IMG/VR virus record: IMGVR_UViG_3300021431_000075
Span: 448,001-512,000 of that record
Length of the DNA stretch: 64,000 bases
From: a virus
Lineage: Duplodnaviria; Caudoviricetes
Reading direction: 5' to 3' (one strand)
The notes beneath the pieces were generated by a model. The model was given only the letters and a program-made list of their open reading frames with translations, did no database searches and was not told where the DNA came from. The position numbers and the translations under genes are program-made. Positions 10,692 through 21,098 of the stretch are shown piece by piece (position 1 is the stretch's first letter; each line of letters opens with the position of its first letter).

Positions 10692-11081
10692 TTATAAGGA
10701 GTGAACGTTATTGTCAATACTTATCATGTCGCTTGGTTTCATCTTTCCAGAAATCTTATGCCAGCCTTTGTTCAGTCCGTTGACGATGATGCTTGTGAAG
10801 TATGCAAATGGGTTCTTGCCCTTTTCCGGATTAAACCCGCGCCAGTACATCAATATGTCAAGATATGCGCTCTGCCAGCAGTCTTTTCGGTCTTCCGGAT
10901 CGTTGTAGTGCTTCTTTGCAGAAATGTTCTCAATCATCAAGTCGAACATCTTCAATGCTTCTGGCGTCAGTTCGTCTTGTTCTTTTGATTTTATGATTTC
11001 TTGAAGGAGGTATGGATTGCTTACATATTGCTTTCCGTCTTTTTTCGTTTTGATTCCTTCGACATTATCAATTTTATTCAC
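10692..11081 (-). CDS. T4 gp55-like late sigma factor
   Basis: YVSN...FNPEKGKNPFAYFTSI, a gp55-family signature. Confidence 0.8.
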   Translation of the reverse strand: MNKIDNVEGIKTKKDGKQYVSNPYLLQEIIKSKEQDELTPEALKMFDLMIENISAKKHYNDPEDRKDCWQSAYLDILMYWRGFNPEKGKNPFAYFTSIIVNGLNKGWHKISGKMKPSDMISIDNNVHSL

Positions 11082-11244
11082 AAATCATACGATGTGTTTT
11101 TATAAGCTGTATGTCTGTATGTATTAGATTATCAGCTCTGTTAATTATACTTTGGAATATAAAAAAAGTTTAAAAATCTTTGATATCTTATATATCTTTG
11201 ATTTTTAAACTTTTTTATCTTATGACTTCTTTTTGCTTAAAAAA

Positions 11245-12378
11245 CTATTCTTTGTTTTTCGGAGTCTTGATTAAGTTCTTTATCTTGGTGAGCAAGTGCA
11301 TTTCTTGTTCAGAGAGTTCGTTTGGAATATCGTATGCAATGTCAAGAATATAGTCTCCGGTTGTTTTGTGACCGTACATGTCTTCTATTGTTATTCCCAT
11401 ATCCCGTATTCTGCATTTCGTTCCCGGTTTCGTGCATGGCTTGATGTTGATGTTCATTTCTTTCTTGTCCGGTAGAACCAGATGATACTTGCATCCAAGC
11501 AGCGCGTCAACATATGGAATCTTGACTTTTTCGACAATCGTATTGTTTATGATTGAATATTTCGTCTTGTCGAAGTCGTATTGCAGAATAACAATAAGAC
11601 TTCCGTTCGGATGATTTGCATTTTTTGCTTCGGAACCTCTGCTTTCATATTGGAACACCTCTCCGTCTCCACGACCAGCCGGAATGTTTATTTCGAATTC
11701 AACTGTTTTCTTCTTGAAACCGGAGCCGTTGCAAGTCGGACATGCTTTCTTTACCGTTCTTCCGCTTCCGCCGCATCTTGAGCACACAGTCTGGATTCTG
11801 CTTATTCCGAATGGTGTTCTTGTAGTCTTGGTTTCGATTCCTGAACCGTTGCATACTGGACATGTTGCAGTTTCTCCGCCTGTTCCGTGGCAGTTCGGAC
11901 ACCTTATGTCGATTTCATATTTGATTTTCTTTTTGAAACCGCAATACACATCTTCCAGAGTTATCGGGATTGTCTTTCTGACATTTTCTCCCGGTATTAT
12001 GTTCTCTCTGCGACTGCGTGTTCTTCCAGATCCGTTTCCGAAAAAGTCTCTGATGTCATCAAACGGATTGAAATCGAATCCGAAATCGCCGAAACCGCTG
12101 AACGGGTCGAACCCGCTTCCTGCTGCAGAACCGTCATATGTTCCGTACAAGTCATATTTCTTCCTCTTTTCAGGATCGTTTAGAACAGAATATGCTTCAT
12201 TGATTTCTTTGCACTTTTCCTCGGCTTCTTTTTTCTCTTTGTCTGTTTTGTCGCTCTGTCTGTCAGGATGATACTTCTTTGATAGTTCCCTATACTTCTT
12301 TTTGAGTATGGACGGGTCATTGTCAACTTGCTCTTTTGTCAAGTCGAGTATCTCGTATAGATTCTTGTTTCCGTTCAT
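11245..12378 (-). CDS. dnaJ: DnaJ chaperone
   Basis: J domain with HPD, G/F region, four CxxCxGxG repeats, C-terminal domain. Confidence 0.96.
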   Translation of the reverse strand: MNGNKNLYEILDLTKEQVDNDPSILKKKYRELSKKYHPDRQSDKTDKEKKEAEEKCKEINEAYSVLNDPEKRKKYDLYGTYDGSAAGSGFDPFSGFGDFGFDFNPFDDIRDFFGNGSGRTRSRRENIIPGENVRKTIPITLEDVYCGFKKKIKYEIDIRCPNCHGTGGETATCPVCNGSGIETKTTRTPFGISRIQTVCSRCGGSGRTVKKACPTCNGSGFKKKTVEFEINIPAGRGDGEVFQYESRGSEAKNANHPNGSLIVILQYDFDKTKYSIINNTIVEKVKIPYVDALLGCKYHLVLPDKKEMNINIKPCTKPGTKCRIRDMGITIEDMYGHKTTGDYILDIAYDIPNELSEQEMHLLTKIKNLIKTPKNKE

Positions 12379-12424
12379 AATCGCTATTGATTATCTTTCG
12401 TTTGAAATTTCTTAAAACAAATTA

Positions 12425-12461
12425 AGTCACAGAGTCTTGATTTTCACAAGACTCTGTGGCT
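12425..12461. terminator. hairpin between dnaK and dnaJ
   Basis: AGTCACAGAGTCTTG...CAAGACTCTGTGGCT inverted repeat. Confidence 0.6.
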
Positions 12462-12496
12462 ATCATTATATATCTTTGTTTTTAAATCTACATGCA

Positions 12497-14425
12497 TTAG
12501 ATTTCCTCGAATTGAGCATCCTCAATATTATCGTTGTTAGCAGTCTCTTGTTCTTGCTGTTGCTCGGAATGTGACGCGTTTGCATCAGTAGTTGTTGATT
12601 GCTGTTGCTGCTGGTACATCTTCATTGCAACAGGACTCCAGAGTTCTTCAAGTTCTTTCTGAAGTTGGTCAAGTTCTTCATACTTCTTGTCCTTTGCTGC
12701 ATTTGACAAAGCATCCGCTTTCTCGTTGATTTTGTCTGCCTCTTCCACAGTCACATGGTCTTTTGCAGACTCATTGAGTGCATTCTTGATGTTGTATGCA
12801 AACTGTTCCGCGCTGTTTGCCTTATCAACATTCTCACGCTCTTTCTTGTCTGCCTCTGCATTTGCTTCCGCTTCAGCCTTCATTCTCTCGATTTCATCTT
12901 TCGACAATCCGGATGAAGCAGTGATTGTAATCTTCTGTTCTTTTCCGGTTGCCTTGTCTTTCGCAGAAACGTTAAGGATGCCGTTTGCGTCGATGTCGAA
13001 TGTTACTTCAATCTGCGGAACTCCTCGCTTGGCAGGCGCGATGCCGTCAAGCATGAATCGACCGATAGACTTCGCGTTTCTTGCCATCTGGACTCCTGCT
13101 GGAGCCTGAAGCACATGGATTCCGACACCCGGCTGATTGTCTTCGGCAGTACTGAACACTTCCTCGTGCTTGAACGGAATCGTCGTGTTTGCTTCAATCA
13201 TCGTGGTCATAACGCCGCCGAGCGTTTCGATGCCGAGACTTAGTGGAGTTACGTCAAGGAGAAGGATGTCTTTTCCTGCTGCGACTGAATCATCACCAGA
13301 CAGCAATGATGCCTGAATCGACGCGCCTGCTGCTACGACTTCATCCGGATTCACGCTCTTGTTTGCCTGCTTTCCGAAATAATCCTCTACTGACTTCTGC
13401 ACGATAGGGATTCTTGTAGAGCCGCCGACAAGGATAATCTCGTCGATTTCCGACTTGTCGAGTTTCGCGCTCTTGAGAACTTCTTCGACAGGAGCCATTG
13501 TTCTGCGCACGATGTCCGAAATCATTTGCTCGAATGTTGCTCTTGACAGAGTCTTGACAAAATGCTTTGGACCTGTTGCGTCTGCTGTGATGTACGGAAG
13601 GTTGATGTCTGTTGAAGAACTTGATGAAAGTTCAATCTTTGCCTTTTCAGCGGCTTCCTTGATGCGCTGCATAGCCATCATGTCCGATGAAACGTCAACG
13701 CCTTGCTCTGACTTGATTGAATCGACAATCCAGTTCACGACAAGATTGTCTATGTCCTTGCCGCCAAGATGACAGTCTCCGGATGTGGCAACGACTTCAA
13801 AGATTCCGTCGCTCAATTCAAGCAATGATACGTCATGTGTGCCGCCACCGAAGTCGAACACGAGAATCTTCTGCTCCTTCTCGATGTTGTTGAGACCGTA
13901 TGCAAGTGCCGCAGCAGTCGGCTCGTTGATGATTCTGAGAACATTGAGACCTGCGATTTCGCCTGCTTCCTTCGTAGCCTGTCTCTGTGCGTCATTGAAG
14001 TATGCAGGAACCGTGATGACAATGTCCTTGACTTCTTCGCCGAGATAATCTTCTGCTGTCTGCTTCATTTTCTGAAGAATCATTGAAGAAATCTCTTGCG
14101 GAGTATATAGTTTTCCGTCGATGTTGACTCTTGGATATCCTGCTACGTCATCGACCTGATATGTTACAGAGTTGATATCGTTCTGGACTTGCTTTGTCTC
14201 GCAGCCCATGAAACGCTTGATTTCATAGACAGTGTTCTTCGGGTTTGTTACTGCTTGACGCTTGGCTCCGTCGCCTACTTTGCGCTCTCCTTCTTTTGTG
14301 AAACCTACGACTGACGGAGTCGTGTTCTTGCCTTCAGAGTTTGGAATAATCTGAGGTTTGCCATTTTCAATGACTGCGACACAACTGTTTGATGTGCCCA
14401 AGTCGCAACCGATTGCTTTTGCCAT
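12497..14425 (-). CDS. dnaK: DnaK (Hsp70) chaperone
   Basis: [42 protein letters not shown]. Confidence 0.98.
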   Translation of the reverse strand: MAKAIGCDLGTSNSCVAVIENGKPQIIPNSEGKNTTPSVVGFTKEGERKVGDGAKRQAVTNPKNTVYEIKRFMGCETKQVQNDINSVTYQVDDVAGYPRVNIDGKLYTPQEISSMILQKMKQTAEDYLGEEVKDIVITVPAYFNDAQRQATKEAGEIAGLNVLRIINEPTAAALAYGLNNIEKEQKILVFDFGGGTHDVSLLELSDGIFEVVATSGDCHLGGKDIDNLVVNWIVDSIKSEQGVDVSSDMMAMQRIKEAAEKAKIELSSSSSTDINLPYITADATGPKHFVKTLSRATFEQMISDIVRRTMAPVEEVLKSAKLDKSEIDEIILVGGSTRIPIVQKSVEDYFGKQANKSVNPDEVVAAGASIQASLLSGDDSVAAGKDILLLDVTPLSLGIETLGGVMTTMIEANTTIPFKHEEVFSTAEDNQPGVGIHVLQAPAGVQMARNAKSIGRFMLDGIAPAKRGVPQIEVTFDIDANGILNVSAKDKATGKEQKITITASSGLSKDEIERMKAEAEANAEADKKERENVDKANSAEQFAYNIKNALNESAKDHVTVEEADKINEKADALSNAAKDKKYEELDQLQKELEELWSPVAMKMYQQQQQSTTTDANASHSEQQQEQETANNDNIEDAQFEEI

Positions 14426-14502
14426 TATACTTAAATATTAAATAATTTTGTCGTTTAATTTTGAATCGATAATCATCGGATTATCTTTCAAGGGCTTGAA
14501 TG

Positions 14503-14518
14503 TGCAAAGCGTGTGCCA
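14503..14518 (-). promoter_or_regulatory. sigma54-type (-24/-12) promoter for dnaK
   Basis: minus strand TGGCACACGCTTTGCA = GG-N10-GC consensus, 78 nt upstream of dnaK. Confidence 0.7.
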
Positions 14519-14574
14519 AATGATGCATTGAAGCATATTTATGACAATGCTGCATTGTTTAATGCTAAAGTGTA

Positions 14575-14587
14575 TGACATAATGTCA
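14575..14587. promoter_or_regulatory. TGACA-N3-TGTCA palindrome, candidate activator site
   Basis: perfect palindrome ~60 nt upstream of the sigma54 element; partial copy at 14542-14554. Confidence 0.5.
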
Positions 14588-14649
14588 GTTTTCTTTCATT
14601 TTTGTGACAATGATAATAAATATCTTATAATGAAAAATAAGAGCAACTT

Positions 14650-15804
14650 ATGCGCAGATACACCATATTGAGAGAGTCGAAGTCAATAAGAAATTATAAT
14701 CTTGATGAAATGATTTCATCAATAGAGAAAGATGTCAGGGAAGAATATGATTATTATGCAAAGACGCATAAGCCGTTCAATATGGACAGGTTCAAGTCAT
14801 ATTTCTGTGATACGATTGGAAAAGAACTCTTCTATGGAGAGACTTTCCATGACTTCGGGACTTTTGATGTTGATTATTTCCATGTTAGAGTCGTTATGTA
14901 CGATGATGTTTCTTCATATGGTTTCACAGTTCCGGAATTGTGCGACAAGAACAAAAGACTTGTTGTTGTCATATTGTCTTCGAAATTCATCCCGGAAATG
15001 TTAAACGGAACAGGAAAGTTGTTTAATACTTTGACACACGAAATCCGGCATGGTGAAGACATTATTAATGACAGGATAGATACGCATTTTGAGATGATGG
15101 GTAAGACCGCTATCAAGTTCTATGGAGAGACTTATAATGTTGAAAAGTTCAGCAACACGGATGATAGTATCAAATATGTGACATATTTCTTGACAAGAAC
15201 AGAACTTAAGGGATATATCCAGTCAGTTGGCGGCATATTGAGAAGATATTTGAATGAGTCGAATCCGAAGTTGTTAAGAGATGCTCTTGTCAGGCTGGCA
15301 CACAAGATGAAGAAACCTCTTAAATTTCGCAGACTTTATGATTTGTTTTCTAAGAATGATGACGGAAAGCGTCTGTTGCTTGAACTATTCATAAACGAGT
15401 CGAACATATTTAGGATTTATTTCAGAGAGTTGAATGAAATCATGGTTGATTATAGTTTTTTCAAGAAATATATCATCGACTCTATTGAATCACACAAGAA
15501 AGATATGCCGGAATATGTCGTCTGGTTGAAGAATATGCTTGATAGTCAGTACTTTCCAAAGGATGATAATAGACGAAAGAAGCACAATGACATGTTCAAT
15601 TCATTGATGAAGAAATATATGGGTTATGGAATGAATCCGATAGAAGCACTTCAAACATATATAGAGAATGACTATTCGAAAATATTATATGACAGGACAC
15701 ATAGAGATTATATGAAGTTCATTGCTGCTGTTGTAAAGAATCTGATAGAAGAAGTTTCAAGATTTGATTCTAACGAAGAAGCAATTGAAAAGTTGAAGAA
15801 ATAA
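14650..15804 (+). CDS. HExxH (zincin-like) motif protein, late
   Basis: LTHEIRHG with downstream TELKGY; AATAAATA at 14615. Confidence 0.65.
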   Translation: MRRYTILRESKSIRNYNLDEMISSIEKDVREEYDYYAKTHKPFNMDRFKSYFCDTIGKELFYGETFHDFGTFDVDYFHVRVVMYDDVSSYGFTVPELCDKNKRLVVVILSSKFIPEMLNGTGKLFNTLTHEIRHGEDIINDRIDTHFEMMGKTAIKFYGETYNVEKFSNTDDSIKYVTYFLTRTELKGYIQSVGGILRRYLNESNPKLLRDALVRLAHKMKKPLKFRRLYDLFSKNDDGKRLLLELFINESNIFRIYFRELNEIMVDYSFFKKYIIDSIESHKKDMPEYVVWLKNMLDSQYFPKDDNRRKKHNDMFNSLMKKYMGYGMNPIEALQTYIENDYSKILYDRTHRDYMKFIAAVVKNLIEEVSRFDSNEEAIEKLKK

Positions 15805-15903
15805 TTAAAAATCCTAATTTAAATAATTATTGAAGTTTTTTGTGTTGTTGGTTTATAAATAATGTCTATATTTGCAAAAATAATTTGATAAAATAGAAAA
15901 ATT

Positions 15904-16747
15904 ATGATTATAAATGAAGATTTCAATAATGATTTAACAGCAAATATTTTATTCGAATGCGTTAGTTATAATAGAAATGCTGGAACTTTTGTATTCAATT
16001 TTTCTAATGATAATGATGATGAAATTATAAAATTAGAAAAAAAAAGTACATAGAAGTGAAATTTTCAATAATTGCTATTATTTTGCTTATGAATTTGAAT
16101 CAGATGTTGATTCATATATTAGAAGCCTTTTTATAAAGAGCATAAAATTTCCTGACGGTACTATATCAGAAGATGATAAATGTACTTTTATTGGTAACGC
16201 TGTGAGAAGTTTGGATTCTGAAATCAATCTTATAAAATATGATACGTTGATATATCCGCAATCAATGTCTGAATTGACAAGAGAAATGATAAAATATCTT
16301 TCTAAATTTGCATGACCGAAATTTGTTAGTTTTGAGTTGATAAAAGAGTTGCCAGCAAAAATAGAGTTTGATTATGATAAATTTGCTGCTGGTGAATTGA
16401 ATTCCACATTGCGGAATGGAATGCCAAGATATACAAATGCTCAAAAAGATGATGTATTGAAGAAAATAAGGGAAATGATGGACAATGTTCATTCAAGTGA
16501 TTATTTTTCAATAGCAAGAAGTATAAAGAAGACAAAATATAGACCATATATAAAGAACTATTATAATTTTAAAGATAAAAAAGATAAAGAGCTTTTTGAG
16601 CAGATCAATAATAGCAATGTTCTTGTTGTTGATGATATGGCAACAAGCGGAACGACGATATTTCATCTATTGAAAACAATTCGTTCTATTAATGATAGTA
16701 ACAATATTACCGTCTTTAGTCTTCTCGGCAAAAACTTGAAAATCTAA
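15904..16747 (+). pseudogene. disrupted type I phosphoribosyltransferase-domain gene
   Basis: ATG 15904 frame ends at TAG 16051 after A9 tract 16037-16045; the +1 frame continues through in-frame TGA 16313-16315 to the PRPP-binding motif VLVVDDMATSGTT. Confidence 0.75.
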
Positions 16748-16762
16748 TTTCTGAATCAATTA

Positions 16763-16804
16763 AACAAGAAACCATTGCCAGTTTTAGACAATGGTTTCTT
16801 GTTT
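16763..16804. terminator. bidirectional intrinsic terminator
   Basis: AACAAGAAACCATTG...CAATGGTTTCTTGTT between convergent genes. Confidence 0.75.
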
Positions 16805-16809
16805 TGGTT

Positions 16810-17517
16810 TTAGTTGTTGTTGAAGTTCGACCTCACGAAGTCGCTCAACAATGTCCCGTTGTACATACAGTTCGTATCGGATAGTTTTGTAATCGCATTG
16901 TTGATAATCGACTCTACAGACTTTGTGACTCCTTCTGTTGTTGATGACAGGTTGTTTGCGGTCGGAATGCCTGCATCTTCTCCGAAGTACATTCTTCCGT
17001 TTCTTACAGTGACCGCTGTTCTGCCGTCATCTGAAATGTATGGAACTATGTATTCTTTTCTTTGTGTCGTGTCTATGATTCCTGACGGAATCTCTTTCTC
17101 TGCAAGGTTCTTGTATGATGTCTCGTCCGACTTGTACTCCTGATTGACGAACTTGAAGAAGTTTCTTATCTGCGCGATAGTTCCTTCTGTTCGTTCATGC
17201 TTGACTTCATCATCATTGACAGACATCATTCCGACTGCCTGCGAGTTGTTCGGAATCATCAGCACGTCTTCTTTGTCAAGACTGAACGGGTTGCTGATTC
17301 CGGAGAACTTCAGGATGAATTCTGCATATTCGTCGGACTCGTACATCGCTTGCGATACCAAGTCCGGTCTCATCTGGTAGTAGTCTGTCATCTTCAGAAT
17401 CTCGTAGTCCTTGACAATGCCGGCATTTCTGGAGAATATGCTCTTTGCAAGATTGACAATCGTGTTGCCTTTCCTGTCTATTATCTGCTCTTTCTCATCC
17501 AATGTATACTTAAACAT
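16810..17517 (-). CDS. baseplate wedge protein (T4 gp53/LysM-like)
   Basis: RPDLVSQAMY...ILKFSGISNPFSL...VLMIP. Confidence 0.7.
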   Translation of the reverse strand: MFKYTLDEKEQIIDRKGNTIVNLAKSIFSRNAGIVKDYEILKMTDYYQMRPDLVSQAMYESDEYAEFILKFSGISNPFSLDKEDVLMIPNNSQAVGMMSVNDDEVKHERTEGTIAQIRNFFKFVNQEYKSDETSYKNLAEKEIPSGIIDTTQRKEYIVPYISDDGRTAVTVRNGRMYFGEDAGIPTANNLSSTTEGVTKSVESIINNAITKLSDTNCMYNGTLLSDFVRSNFNNN

Positions 17518-17526
17518 AATGTCAGA

Positions 17527-20178
17527 CTAATTGTTGCTTGATTTTCTTGTAAACAGATTTCCAAGTATGCGGACTCTGTTGCTGCTGTTGCCAAGGAACA
17601 GGTTCGCGCTGGTTGTCGATACGGTCTGGAATGCCTGTTCAGGGTCAACAGGCATGAACTTGGCAATAAGCGTTGTGTCTGCGTTTCCGTGGTTTTGAAG
17701 TTCCTTCCCAGGCGGAATCTTGAACACCTGATAGCCGCGAGCTCCGATCATTTCCATCGCTCTTTTCTGTGTCATGTATTCCGGAGTTACCCATCCGTTC
17801 TCCGTCATCACGTCGCGACCGCCGGTGAACGGATCGACTTTGGTTTCGTAGTTGGAAACCGCCTTGACATAGTCGGGAAGCTTGTATATCTTTCCTGCGC
17901 CGCGGTTGAACATCGACTGTATCGCAGCCTTGTCTCTTGCCATCGCATGCTCAATCGTATATACGACTTTCATTTCCAGCGGGAAGTCATCAGGTCCGAG
18001 TTCATCTCCGAAAGAGACATCCATCTTCTTGCAAATCAGATTTCCGACAACCATCATCGGGTTCAACGGATTTCCGATTGTCAGGTGCCAGTTTCCGGTA
18101 GGCTCTCCGCTCAACAGAGAACGAAGTCCGCTGACATTCGGAAGCACGGTTTCCTGAATGACTTGGTCTTTCCACATGCTATTCAGATTGTTGAACATGT
18201 TACTGAGCGCGTCCCTGCCTTTCTGTGCCGCGTCTTCTCCTGCGATGTTGTTTGCCACATCCCCTGCTTTGTTGAACCACGAGCCGACTGTTGACATGGA
18301 ACCCATCAGAGCAGAACCGATTGACTGAAGCATTCCGCCGATTGCGCCGACTGTCTGGCTCAGGATATTTCCCATTCGCTCAGTCAATATGCTCCATTCG
18401 ATAGAACTTGTAGCCGAGTCTGTGCTGACTTTCTTTCCGAATGACAGGAAACCCTCAAGACCCTTTGCAATCGCTCCGTTCTTTCCGAATATGTTGCCTG
18501 CATATAGAGCATCCATCATGCTTCCGCTTCCGGTACCGCGCTTGAACGGGTACATATGCGGCTTGATGTTGAATCTGTAACCGCCGCCCCAGAACACTGC
18601 ATCTGCAGAAGCAATCTCCATCGCGTTGGAAAGAATATCAAGCATTGCCGCTTTTGTGTTGATGCCGCCGATAGGTCTTGCCACATACTCGCAAGTCAGT
18701 GTGAAAGACTGTGAGAACTCGATGCCGGCATCTCTTGCCTGAACGCTCTGGATACGATTGACAGGACCTACAATCTTGTTTGAGTACAGTGATTCTGTAG
18801 GATCCATATTCGCGCTTGTCAAGTGTTCCCAAGCCGCTTGGTTATGACCATCATAACCGTTTGGCGACAAGAGTCCGACAAACTTACCGAACGATAGATA
18901 CTGCCCGGTCAATCCTCCCATGGCGCCGAGAAAGTTCGTGACGATTCCGGAACCTGATGTGATTCCTGAAAAACCGCCTCCACTTTCAAACATCTTGTCG
19001 ATGACCGCTCTCGGATTGCTGCCGACGTCTCCTTCTATCTTGTGAATGTCCGCGCTGATTTCTTTCCACTTGGTTCCTGACGAGAACTTCAGGAAATCAT
19101 TCAGCTTGTTGGCAGAATCGCCGCCGAAGTATGTCACGACTGTGGCAATAGGAGACGCTATGTTATGAGTCGCTTCGGTTCCTGCATCATTCAGCATATT
19201 GTAGAACTGAAGATTGTCATAAACGGGAACCGCATACTTTCTGAACGTAATCAGGCGGTTGTTCGGAATGATGTTCCAGAACTTGCAGAATACGAAGTCT
19301 TGGAAACTGTACGGGGTTCGTCCCCACTGGTCCTTGTTGCTCCAGTTTATGATATTTGAAGTCGTTGGATTGTTAATGCTCGTGAAGTCATCAGGGTTCA
19401 TGACAATGGAATCACCCTTTACGTTTGCCGTATCATAGAATCGCTTCGTGTCACGGATATCGTACATGTGGACTTCCTTGTTGTCTGAATTGACATTCGT
19501 TATGCCGCCGACAAGCCTTGTCACGCAATACGGGTTTATGAGCGACTGGACACCGTACATGTTGCCGTCTTTCTTGAGCTCTTCGACTTGAGCCTTGTTT
19601 GTCGCTATCTTATCTCCGCCGCTTGAAAGCGTGTTCACTTTCTGGTTTGTCGCTTCCTCATAAGCGGCTTTCTCGATTGTGAACACTTCATCGAAGTATG
19701 CGGAAGCCGCAGTGTCTGACGCGAACGGAACAATTATCTGTCCGGGAGAGTTCTTCTGCGTTGCAAGGAAACCGTCGATTCTGATCAGTCGAGGGTCCCA
19801 AGCCGCAGCATGTCTGGATTCCGGAAGAGTGCTACCTTCGTCCGTAGTCGCGTTCACTATTCCGCTGATGTCGTTTCTGCTCTTTTTGTACAGAGAGTAG
19901 TATTTCGCATCGTCAAGGTTCAGCATAGAGAGCATATCGTCGATATATACTTGGAGCCTGTTGATTTCATCTTCTTCATAGTATTCGTTTATATATGAAG
20001 ATATTTCATATTGCTTGCGCTCGTCAGAATACCCGCTATTGTTCAATATGTTTTCTATGATTGCAGCAAGAGAACCGTCTGCACCGTAGAGACCTTTTGC
20101 GTCATTCGATGCATTATGCTTCTTGTTTTGAATGTACTTTTTCTGATGCTTCTTATCTACGAGATTTAACGTCTTCAC
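17527..20178 (-). CDS. large virion structural protein, baseplate/tail-associated (putative)
   Basis: 883-aa ORF co-transcribed with the gp53-like gene; late box at 20237-20244; Gly-rich helical middle. Confidence 0.65.
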   Translation of the reverse strand: MKTLNLVDKKHQKKYIQNKKHNASNDAKGLYGADGSLAAIIENILNNSGYSDERKQYEISSYINEYYEEDEINRLQVYIDDMLSMLNLDDAKYYSLYKKSRNDISGIVNATTDEGSTLPESRHAAAWDPRLIRIDGFLATQKNSPGQIIVPFASDTAASAYFDEVFTIEKAAYEEATNQKVNTLSSGGDKIATNKAQVEELKKDGNMYGVQSLINPYCVTRLVGGITNVNSDNKEVHMYDIRDTKRFYDTANVKGDSIVMNPDDFTSINNPTTSNIINWSNKDQWGRTPYSFQDFVFCKFWNIIPNNRLITFRKYAVPVYDNLQFYNMLNDAGTEATHNIASPIATVVTYFGGDSANKLNDFLKFSSGTKWKEISADIHKIEGDVGSNPRAVIDKMFESGGGFSGITSGSGIVTNFLGAMGGLTGQYLSFGKFVGLLSPNGYDGHNQAAWEHLTSANMDPTESLYSNKIVGPVNRIQSVQARDAGIEFSQSFTLTCEYVARPIGGINTKAAMLDILSNAMEIASADAVFWGGGYRFNIKPHMYPFKRGTGSGSMMDALYAGNIFGKNGAIAKGLEGFLSFGKKVSTDSATSSIEWSILTERMGNILSQTVGAIGGMLQSIGSALMGSMSTVGSWFNKAGDVANNIAGEDAAQKGRDALSNMFNNLNSMWKDQVIQETVLPNVSGLRSLLSGEPTGNWHLTIGNPLNPMMVVGNLICKKMDVSFGDELGPDDFPLEMKVVYTIEHAMARDKAAIQSMFNRGAGKIYKLPDYVKAVSNYETKVDPFTGGRDVMTENGWVTPEYMTQKRAMEMIGARGYQVFKIPPGKELQNHGNADTTLIAKFMPVDPEQAFQTVSTTSANLFLGNSSNRVRILGNLFTRKSSNN

Positions 20179-20314
20179 GATGACTCGATTATGTTTTCAG
20201 CAAGAATGAAATGTGTGTAATCTTGCTATATTTTTTTATTTATCATTAAATAGGTGATTTTAGCATAATGAAAAATTATAAGATGTTAAAAAAATAAAAA
20301 TATAGTCATGCTGT

Positions 20315-20346
20315 TTTGTTTTAATGAATGAAATCTATTAACTTTG
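20315..20346 (+). promoter_or_regulatory. Bacteroidota housekeeping promoter
   Basis: TTTG-N20-TAACTTTG. Confidence 0.75.
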
Positions 20347-20382
20347 CAAGCACAATAAAACATTTATAAACATTATAAAGAT

Positions 20383-21012
20383 ATGAAGAACTTTAGACAT
20401 TTTCTATTTGTTATTAGTGCTCTTGTTTTTGTTTCATGTAGTACTTATGAATATTCATTCAGGCTTGTTGATGTTGAAAGACCTGTTGATGCGAAACAAC
20501 AATTTGGAGAAACTGAATCAGTTGTTGTTAAAAATAATGGTTTGTGCCGTTATGAAGATGAATATATAGATGTTACTTGGCATGTGGATATGGAATCTAT
20601 AAGATTTTCAATTACTAATAAAACAAATCATTCTTTGAAAATTAATTGGAACGATGTTTGTTTTGTTGATGCAAACAACCAAGTGAGACATGTTACTCAT
20701 TCTGGATATAAAGATTTGAATAATTTGCAGCCGATGAGTATGATTCCAAACGGTTCCACATTGACTGATTGTATAATTCCAGAGGTTAGAGTTTATAATT
20801 ATAACCATATTGGAAAGAAAAAGACTTATATATTGCCGAACATATACAAGCAATATAAAGATACAAAAGAACTTGAAAGCACGAAACAGTCTGCAACAAG
20901 TTTTGTTGGTAAAAAAATAACATTGGTTGTGCCCATTATAATCAAGAACGTTCAAAATGATTATATGTTTACGTTTGTTGTTGATAGACTTTTGAATACA
21001 CAAAGTAGATGA
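20383..21012 (+). CDS. Bacteroidetes-type lipoprotein
   Basis: signal peptide with lipobox VFVSC; AT-rich; own host-type promoter. Confidence 0.75.
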   Translation: MKNFRHFLFVISALVFVSCSTYEYSFRLVDVERPVDAKQQFGETESVVVKNNGLCRYEDEYIDVTWHVDMESIRFSITNKTNHSLKINWNDVCFVDANNQVRHVTHSGYKDLNNLQPMSMIPNGSTLTDCIIPEVRVYNYNHIGKKKTYILPNIYKQYKDTKELESTKQSATSFVGKKITLVVPIIIKNVQNDYMFTFVVDRLLNTQSR

Positions 21013-21098
21013 TTTGAAATGCTGGGGATTGTCTAATTTCATCATTAGTGATTTCCGGGGATTTTCAAAATAAATACTTTCAAAACAAACAACCGGCA

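Noticed and set aside
11245-14425. Bacterial chromosome origin suggested by dnaK/dnaJ/clpX/mtnN
   Set aside because: Interleaved with T4-like gp41, gp43, gp52, gp53 and gp55 homologs and sharing phage promoter motifs
17515-17529. TAG followed in frame by the gp53-like ATG 9 nt later (possible read-through fusion)
   Set aside because: One-in-three chance spacing; the downstream gene has its own ATG and no other support
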